From Candidatus Allofournierella pullistercoris (lineage in GTDB: Bacteria > Bacillota > Clostridia > Oscillospirales > Ruminococcaceae): a stretch of DNA of 64,000 nucleotides. The notes under the pieces were generated by a model. The model saw only the letters and a program-made list of their open reading frames with translations. It ran no database searches and had not been told where the DNA came from. The stretch spans positions 4,394 through 68,393 of the forward strand of contig JAHLFP010000006.1 in assembly GCA_018883715.1 (NCBI GenBank), in the 5' to 3' direction. Below, piece after piece: positions 58,501-64,000 of this stretch. How positions within the stretch are numbered: the first letter of the stretch is position 1; the number at the start of each line of letters is the position of its first letter. Made by a program: the position numbers and the translations under genes.

Positions 58501-59077
58501 GGTAAGCAAACGGTATACCTTCCTGAAAGAACAGGTGGCAGATGTGGAGAAGAGCAAAACCGAGCTGAACCGCCTCATCGAGGAACTGTCCCAGGAGATG
58601 AAAACCATCTTCCGGAAAAGTTTTGATGAAATCAACCAAAACTTTGGACGCATTTTCCACGAGCTGTTTGGCGGCGGCAGTGCCAGCTTGCTGCTGGACC
58701 AGCCGGATGACGTGCTGGAAAGCGGCATTGAGATTCAGGTTGCTCCTCCCGGCAAGGTGATTAAGAATCTGGCGGCGCTGTCCGGCGGAGAACAGTCCCT
58801 GGTTGCCATCTGCATCTATTTTGCAATCTTGGCGGTAAACCCTGCACCGTTCTGCATTCTGGACGAGATTGAAGCGGCGCTGGATGATGTGAACGTGGCA
58901 CGTTATGCCCAGTACCTACGGCGAATCACCGCCTACACCCAGTTCATCGTTATTACCCACCGCCGTGGCACCATGGAGGCCGCCGATGTGCTGTATGGTG
59001 TAACCATGCAGGAGGACGGCGTGTCCAAAATTTTGCGTTTGGACCTGGAGCAGGTGGACGCGGCTCTGGTTTCGTGA
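55517..59077 (+). CDS. smc: Chromosome segregation protein SMC
   Basis: GPNGSGKSN, hinge GRATFLPL, LSGGE, LDEIEAALD. Confidence 0.98.
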   Translation: MLLKELEIQGFKSFPDRVRIPIDQGITAVVGPNGSGKSNISDAIRWVLGETSSRQLRGTGKMEDVIFGGTQSRGAMGFASVNLTVDNTDRRIDVDADEVVIGRKCYRSGESEYTINGKPVRLKDIYELLLDTGLGRDGYSIIGQGRIAEIVGAKSAQRREIFEEASGIARYRYRKNEAQRRLASAEDNLERLRDILDELESRVQPLERESKKAEQFLKLAARRKELEVTLWVDSVKQTRETMRQQQRLFETAQADYQRLSTELEKLEEDTEQVRHQMNQLTIQVEQHQQEIRTITQQQAGSESQIAVLQTKMEHNLESIQNLRREMEESDEGQKSYLTEKQRLTQEGDALAEKKEQLSRTARQLEQELAHLAEENTKSGAQRGELTALLSQLSQQHTDAKVKAASCEAAAQTALEQLEQQANQRQQHQQAQDSLQQEEGETQRYLETVNRNVTRLENIRQGLQLKLENRTQLHQQAQATAHQATRQREGVAQRLQVLKDLERNMNGYQHSVKTVMRAAQNHRLGGIIGPVSGILTVKPGYEVAIETALGFALQNIVVEHEQAAKSAIAFLRQERAGRATFLPLDTVKGTVFDGSRLSGSARVASSLVEYDPRYQQIVANLLGRIVVVDELEEASQVARKLDYRNRIVTVDGQVINAGGSFTGGSVSQSAGVFTRRQEIEELEKRLAQLDKRQQEAQTQLEELEQEMNTLTAQLEQAAQQASTAKHDQVRASTELERIQAALQTSREQARQQTALSEHLSGQLEQQRGDKTRAEAQQQHLAGQIAQLEEQLRQLAGADDDFLRRRSELSERLSQTQLEHLSTQKDLDMNRSALEQLDTRHKESHARMHQLEENIQRLEGENKTHQQEIETIHTTKAQQLERIAQLEQSIQDAVALRMEKEGSISQQMQHQRRVADDREKMSQEIARLNERKAGAEKEYDQVIAKLWEEYQLTLSDAQSLCVPYESLVQLRQEVMQTRSQIRSLGNVNVGAIEEYQEVSKRYTFLKEQVADVEKSKTELNRLIEELSQEMKTIFRKSFDEINQNFGRIFHELFGGGSASLLLDQPDDVLESGIEIQVAPPGKVIKNLAALSGGEQSLVAICIYFAILAVNPAPFCILDEIEAALDDVNVARYAQYLRRITAYTQFIVITHRRGTMEAADVLYGVTMQEDGVSKILRLDLEQVDAALVS

Positions 59078-59142
59078 TATAAAAGAGAAGTAAGCTGCCC
59101 CACTAAGGGGCGCAGACCACTTGTGGAAAGGTGGAATACCCT

Positions 59143-60072
59143 ATGGGCTTTTTCAGCCGAAAAGAAAAAAAGAAGAAGATGGACGAGGGTTTGAAGAAAA
59201 CCCGTAAAGGCTTTTTTGCCAGCATTCTGGATATGCTGAATGCAGGTGATATTGACGACTCCCTCTATGACGATTTGGAGGAACAGCTGATTTTGGCGGA
59301 TACCGGTGCCGACCAGGCCGCCCGCTTGGTGGAGCGACTGCGGGAGTGCATCCGCAAAAACCACATTAAGACGGCGGCAGATGCACTCACTGCCCTAAAA
59401 GAGATTATTCAGGAGGAGCTGGAACCGGAAGCACCCATGAACCTGTCCGGACACCCGGCGGTAATTCTGGTGATTGGTGTAAACGGTGTGGGTAAAACCA
59501 CCAGCATTGCAAAACTGGCTAATCTCTACAAAGAGCAGGGTAAAAAGGTGATGCTTGCCGCAGGTGATACCTTCCGGGCTGCCGCCGCAGAACAGCTGAG
59601 CATCTGGGCAGAGCGGGTGGATGTTCCGGTGGTGCGCCACGCAGAGGGCGCAGACCCTGCCGCTGTGATTTTTGATGCAGTGCAGTCTGCCGCTGCCCGT
59701 GGGTATGACATTGTGATTTGTGATACCGCCGGACGGCTTCACAACAAGCAACACCTGATGAACGAGCTTGCCAAAATCAGCCGCAGTGTGGCAAAAGCCT
59801 GCCCCACTGCCAGCGTGGAAAGTCTGCTGGTGCTGGATGCCATCACTGGCCAGAATGCCATCAATCAGGCCGCCCAGTTTGTCAGCGCCGCCAATGCCAC
59901 CGGCATTATCCTTACCAAATTGGATGGCACCGCCAAGGGTGGTTCGGTGATTAGTGTAAAGCAAAAGCTGGGACTTCCGGTTCGGTTTGTGGGACTGGGC
60001 GAAGGTGTGGATGACCTGATGGAATTCTCTGCCGAGGACTTTGTGCAGGCCCTGTTTGCACAGGACGTATAA
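59143..60072 (+). CDS. ftsY: SRP receptor FtsY
   Basis: [32 protein letters not shown]. Confidence 0.97.
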   Translation: MGFFSRKEKKKKMDEGLKKTRKGFFASILDMLNAGDIDDSLYDDLEEQLILADTGADQAARLVERLRECIRKNHIKTAADALTALKEIIQEELEPEAPMNLSGHPAVILVIGVNGVGKTTSIAKLANLYKEQGKKVMLAAGDTFRAAAAEQLSIWAERVDVPVVRHAEGADPAAVIFDAVQSAAARGYDIVICDTAGRLHNKQHLMNELAKISRSVAKACPTASVESLLVLDAITGQNAINQAAQFVSAANATGIILTKLDGTAKGGSVISVKQKLGLPVRFVGLGEGVDDLMEFSAEDFVQALFAQDV

Positions 60073-60094
60073 AAACCATAAAGGAGAGAATGCC

Positions 60095-60730
60095 ATGGTA
60101 ATCTGTGCCGCAACTGGAAACGCAAAAAAGCTGGCGGAACTGCGCCGGATTTTGGAACTGGCAGGACATACCATTGTCAGCCAGAAAGAACTGAACATCA
60201 CCCTGGAGCCGGAGGAAACCGGCACCACCTTTGAGGAAAATGCCCACATCAAGGCCGCCGCCATCTGCAAGGAAAGCGGTATGCCCACCTTGGCGGATGA
60301 CTCCGGCCTGGAGGTGGATGCCCTGGGTGGTGCGCCGGGGGTATACAGCGCCCGGTACTGCGGCCGTCATGGAGACGATGCCGCAAACAATCAAAAACTG
60401 CTGGAAAATCTGGGGGATGTGCCCCCCAGCCAGCGCACTGGTCGGTTTGTCAGTGCGGTGTGCCTGTGCATGCCGGACGGCAGAAGCCTGACCCTGCGAG
60501 GAGAATGCCCCGGCTTTATCGCCGACAAGCTGACGGGCGAGGGTGGATTTGGCTATGACCCGCTCTTTATCCCCACTCAGCTTCCGGACCAGCAGGGAAA
60601 CCTGCACCCCAACACCCAGCAGATTACCTTTTCCCAGCTGGAGGATTGGCAGAAAGATGCCATCAGCCACCGGGGCAAGGTTTTGGAGCGGCTCCAGCAG
60701 GAACTGCCCCAATTTTTACAGCAGGAATAA
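60095..60730 (+). CDS. rdgB: Non-canonical purine NTP pyrophosphatase (HAM1)
   Basis: ATGNAKK, ADDSGL, GAPGVYSARY, GFGYDPLF, SHRG. Confidence 0.95.
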   Translation: MVICAATGNAKKLAELRRILELAGHTIVSQKELNITLEPEETGTTFEENAHIKAAAICKESGMPTLADDSGLEVDALGGAPGVYSARYCGRHGDDAANNQKLLENLGDVPPSQRTGRFVSAVCLCMPDGRSLTLRGECPGFIADKLTGEGGFGYDPLFIPTQLPDQQGNLHPNTQQITFSQLEDWQKDAISHRGKVLERLQQELPQFLQQE

Positions 60731-60775
60731 CCTGCAAGCAAATGTTAGAATCCCAAGAAGATAAAGGAGAATCCT

Positions 60776-61081
60776 ATGCTCACAAGCAAACAACGTGCCG
60801 CACTGCGTGCCGCCGCCAATACCCTCGACCCCGTGTTCCAGGTGGGAAAGGGCGAAATTGATGAAACCCTGATTCAGTCCACTGCCGACTGCCTGGCTGC
60901 CCGGGAATTGATTAAAATGAAGGTGCTGGAAACCAGCATGTACACCGCCAAGGAAGCCGCCGCCGTTTTGGCAGAGGCCACTGGTGCGGATGTGGTGCAG
61001 GTGATTGGCTCTAAATTTGTGCTGTTTGCACCCAAAAAGAAAGAATCCAAGTTTGAAGACATCCTGAAGATGAAACGCTAA
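60776..61081 (+). CDS. yhbY: YhbY/CRM RNA-binding protein
   Basis: MLTSKQRAALR, QVGK, RELIK, VQVIG. Confidence 0.93.
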   Translation: MLTSKQRAALRAAANTLDPVFQVGKGEIDETLIQSTADCLAARELIKMKVLETSMYTAKEAAAVLAEATGADVVQVIGSKFVLFAPKKKESKFEDILKMKR

Positions 61082-61113
61082 CCGGATTTGTATCCCCATA
61101 CAGGAGAAAAGTT

Positions 61114-61707
61114 ATGAAAGTACTGCTGTTCGGTGGAACCTTTGACCCACCCCACCTGGGGCATGTGCATCTGCTACAAAGTGCCATCCAGGCTTGCCAG
61201 CCGGACAAGGTGGTGGTGATGCCTGCGGGCATCCCGCCCCACAAAAGCGCCAGCAAGACCCCGGCAAAACTGCGTCTTGCCATGTGCCAATGCTTTGCAG
61301 GGCTTCACCTGGATTTGGAAATCAGTGACTGGGAGATACAGCAGGGTGGATGCAGTTACACCATTGATACAGTGAAGATGTTGCAAAACCGCTGGCCGGA
61401 TGCCCAGATTTACCTGAGCATCGGCAGTGATATGCTCACCAGTTTTTCCAGTTGGAAATGCTGGAAGGAGCTGTTACAGCGGGTGGTTTTGGTGGTGCAA
61501 AGCCGCTATCAGGGGGATGACCAGGCCCTTGCCCAGGCGGCAGATGCCCTTGTGCAGGAGGGCGGTCGTGTCCTCTTTGCCCGGCAGAAAGTCCTTCCCA
61601 TTGCGTCCAGCGACGTGCGAAGCGGAACCCTTGGCATGGAAGTACTGCCAGGAGAGGTTCAGCAGATTGTTCAGCAGTACCATCTATATAAGGGAGAGCA
61701 AGCATGA
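61114..61707 (+). CDS. nadD: Nicotinate-nucleotide adenylyltransferase
   Basis: FGGTFDPPHLGH, PPHK, SYTIDT, IGSD. Confidence 0.95.
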   Translation: MKVLLFGGTFDPPHLGHVHLLQSAIQACQPDKVVVMPAGIPPHKSASKTPAKLRLAMCQCFAGLHLDLEISDWEIQQGGCSYTIDTVKMLQNRWPDAQIYLSIGSDMLTSFSSWKCWKELLQRVVLVVQSRYQGDDQALAQAADALVQEGGRVLFARQKVLPIASSDVRSGTLGMEVLPGEVQQIVQQYHLYKGEQA

Positions 61708-62294
61708 CCACAGAGCAGATGAAAAAACTGGTAAAAAAGCGGCTGAGCCAAAAACGCTATCGCCATACCGTCAATGTGGCAAAGTCCGCCGTAAAGCTGG
61801 CTCGCCGCTATGGTGCGGACGAACAAAAGGCGGAGATGGCCGCTTTGCTCCATGATGCAGCAAAGGAACTGCCCAAGGATGAAATGTTGCGGATTTTGAA
61901 CCAAGATGCTATAATAGCACAAACCGCCATTCATCGCCCTACTGCGGTGTGGCATGGCCTTTGTGCCGCCATTTTGGCGGAAAAGGAATGGGGCATCACC
62001 GACCCGGAAATCCTCAGCGCTGTGGCCTGTCATACCGCCGGAAAACCGGGCATGTCCAAACTGGATAAAATCATCTATCTCAGCGATATGATTTGTGAAG
62101 AGCGGGATTATCCAGAAGTGCACACCCTGCGCAAGCTTGCAGAGCAGGATTTGGATTTGGCTACCGCCACTGCGGTGGAGATGAATCTGAATTGGATGCA
62201 CGAAAAAGGAAAAACCATTGATCCAGTATCACAGCAGGCGCTGGAGGACCTGCGTCGCTGTGTGCAACCCAAGGGAGGGAACACCCATGAATGA
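61704..62294 (+). CDS. yqeK: Symmetrical Ap4A hydrolase YqeK (HD family)
   Basis: KRYRHT, LLHDAAK, WHG, HT.G, IIYLSD; nadD-yqeK-rsfS context. Confidence 0.92.
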   Translation: MTTEQMKKLVKKRLSQKRYRHTVNVAKSAVKLARRYGADEQKAEMAALLHDAAKELPKDEMLRILNQDAIIAQTAIHRPTAVWHGLCAAILAEKEWGITDPEILSAVACHTAGKPGMSKLDKIIYLSDMICEERDYPEVHTLRKLAEQDLDLATATAVEMNLNWMHEKGKTIDPVSQQALEDLRRCVQPKGGNTHE

Positions 62295-63633
62295 ACCAAG
62301 GCAGCCCAGACGGCTGAATACCTCCGGCGCATCGGGACGCCCACGCAACAGCACCTCTTCCCAGCCCGCCCGGCAGCCCTATCGGGTCAATCAGGAGCAG
62401 CGTACTGTCTACCGGACTTCCAGCCAGGGACAGGCAGGTCGTGGCACCGGGCGCACCACATCTCAAACCTCTCGCACCCAGCAGAGTCGGCGCACCAGCC
62501 AGACCTATCGAGGCACTGCACCGGCACAGCCGGCAGATTCCAGCGGTCGTAAAGCAAAACCTCGGAAAAAGAAAAGCCTACTGCGCAGCTTTTTCACTGC
62601 CCTGCTCAGCTTTGTGCTGGTGTTGGGGGTAGGTTTGTTTGGCCTGTACCAGTGGGTGGTGCACAGCATCAGCCCCGGCGGCGGTGTACCCACCATCAGT
62701 GAGCTAATCAATACCCCCAGTGAGTACAAAGGGGATGTGATTAACCTGTTGGTATGCGGTGTGGACTATGAAGATGGACGAGCCTATTCCAACGATCCCC
62801 AGTCCAACGATGGCATGACCGATATGATCATGTACATGAACTTTGACGTAAAGAACAAGAAAATCAACCTGTTGCAGATTCCCCGTGATACCTATGTGGG
62901 CGAAAAATACAACACAGGCGGAACAGGTAAAATCAATGCAGTTGCCCTGAAAAACGATGGTGTGGCAAGCCTTGCCCAGGCCATCAGCGAACAGTACAAA
63001 CTACCCATTGACTATTACTTTAGCATCAACATGCAGTCTCTGAAGGAGATTGTGGACTTGTTTGGCGGTATCGAGGTTTACATTCCCCAGGACATCGAGT
63101 ACAGCGGTAGTAAGCTGTTGCAGGGCTACCGCAACCTGGATGGTGCGGCGGCGGAATTCCTGGTTCGTAACCGTCACGGCGATGGTTACGCCCAGGGTGA
63201 CATTGCTCGACTGGATATGCAACGGTATTTCTACCAGGGTTTGTTCAAGCGGGTACGTACCGCCACCGTGTGGGATATTGCAAAGCTGATGCCGGTGGTA
63301 CTTAACTATGTAACCACCGACGCACCGGCTTCCACCCTGATTAGCATGGCAGTTAGCTTTTTGCAGGTGGACAGCGCTGATATTATGCTGTGCAAGGTGC
63401 CTACTTTTAACGGTGCCCAGTATTACAACGGACAACATTCGATTCAAATCTGCGACGTGGACAAAACCCGGGATTTGCTGAATACCTACTTTAGAAGTTA
63501 TTCCGGCCCGGTGGATGACCTGGATATCCCCGTGCTTGCCACAGCTGGTTCTTCCAGTGACCCCAACGTGCAGTATATGGGACAGCTTGACACCACAGTG
63601 GATGGTGCTCTGGCCAATGGAGAGCAGGGCTAA
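62287..63633 (+). CDS. LCP (LytR-CpsA-Psr) family cell-wall ligase with a disordered basic N-terminus
   Basis: TDMIM, IPRDTYV, KINA, VRNR, GDIARL..QR; one TM. Confidence 0.92.
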   Translation: MNEPRQPRRLNTSGASGRPRNSTSSQPARQPYRVNQEQRTVYRTSSQGQAGRGTGRTTSQTSRTQQSRRTSQTYRGTAPAQPADSSGRKAKPRKKKSLLRSFFTALLSFVLVLGVGLFGLYQWVVHSISPGGGVPTISELINTPSEYKGDVINLLVCGVDYEDGRAYSNDPQSNDGMTDMIMYMNFDVKNKKINLLQIPRDTYVGEKYNTGGTGKINAVALKNDGVASLAQAISEQYKLPIDYYFSINMQSLKEIVDLFGGIEVYIPQDIEYSGSKLLQGYRNLDGAAAEFLVRNRHGDGYAQGDIARLDMQRYFYQGLFKRVRTATVWDIAKLMPVVLNYVTTDAPASTLISMAVSFLQVDSADIMLCKVPTFNGAQYYNGQHSIQICDVDKTRDLLNTYFRSYSGPVDDLDIPVLATAGSSSDPNVQYMGQLDTTVDGALANGEQG

Positions 63634-63665
63634 AAGTTGCCCATAACAGAAAGGAGCAAAAATTC

Positions 63666-64000
63666 ATGGAAAGCTTACAGCTTGCCACCAGCATTGCAAA
63701 GATGCTGGACAATAAAAAAGCAGCGGATGTAAAGGTTCTCAAGGTGGAGGACCTGACCGTCCTGACCGATTACTTTGTCATTGCCAACGGTACTTCCACC
63801 ACCCATGTGAAGAGCCTGGCAGAGGAAGTGGAATTCCAGATGGAACAGCAGGGTGTTCAGCCCCTGCGCACCGAAGGATATGATTCCAAAAACTGGATTC
63901 TTCTGGACTACGGCAGTGTGATTGTGCATGTGTTCTACCCCCAGGCACGAGAGTTCTACGACCTGGAACATCTGTGGGCGGATGCACAGGAATGTCCCGT
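63666..64000 (+). CDS. rsfS: Ribosome silencing factor RsfS (runs off the window edge)
   Basis: Not in the ORF track. Hand translation: MESLQLA...DNKKAADV...TDYFVIA...WILLDYGSVIVHVF...REFYDLEHLWADA. Confidence 0.95.
   Translation, partial: MESLQLATSIAKMLDNKKAADVKVLKVEDLTVLTDYFVIANGTSTTHVKSLAEEVEFQMEQQGVQPLRTEGYDSKNWILLDYGSVIVHVFYPQAREFYDLEHLWADAQECP

Noticed and set aside
62287-62580. R/S/T/Q-rich low-complexity N-terminus of the LCP protein
   Set aside because: A common disordered basic tail in clostridial LCP proteins; no true tandem repeat.
1-64000. CRISPR array, IS/transposase, integrase, prophage, tRNA/rRNA, defence or retroelement genes
   Set aside because: No regularly spaced repeats and no such protein or RNA signatures seen; nearly all ORFs are housekeeping.

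Overview
GC-rich Clostridia-type chromosome segment, most likely Oscillospiraceae/Ruminococcaceae (inferred from gene content and style; spoIIR indicates a sporulating lineage). It is almost entirely core genome: polA, tsaBDE, dusB, tex, asnA, ackA, tmcAL, upp, rodA, ispE, spoIIR, addAB, infC-rpmI-rplT, dprA-topA-trmFO-plsX-rnc-smc-ftsY-rdgB and yhbY-nadD-yqeK-LCP-rsfS. I saw no tRNA, rRNA, CRISPR array, IS element or prophage. The best leads are: (1) a seven-gene HAD/ArsC-like/HAD/XpaC/TelA/LemA-like/TPM operon that may be one envelope-stress system; (2) an unannotated structured RNA at ~8503-8757 with its own terminator (6S-like or a new sRNA); (3) structured 5' leaders before hsp20 (H-type pseudoknot next to the SD), ackA, an HPr-like gene lacking His15, and a tandem HD-GYP gene; (4) an AT-rich patch where a deletion appears to have fused a membrane-protein gene to half an Xre repressor gene. 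All RNA structures were paired by eye, not computed, and protein families were recognised from motifs, not from database searches.
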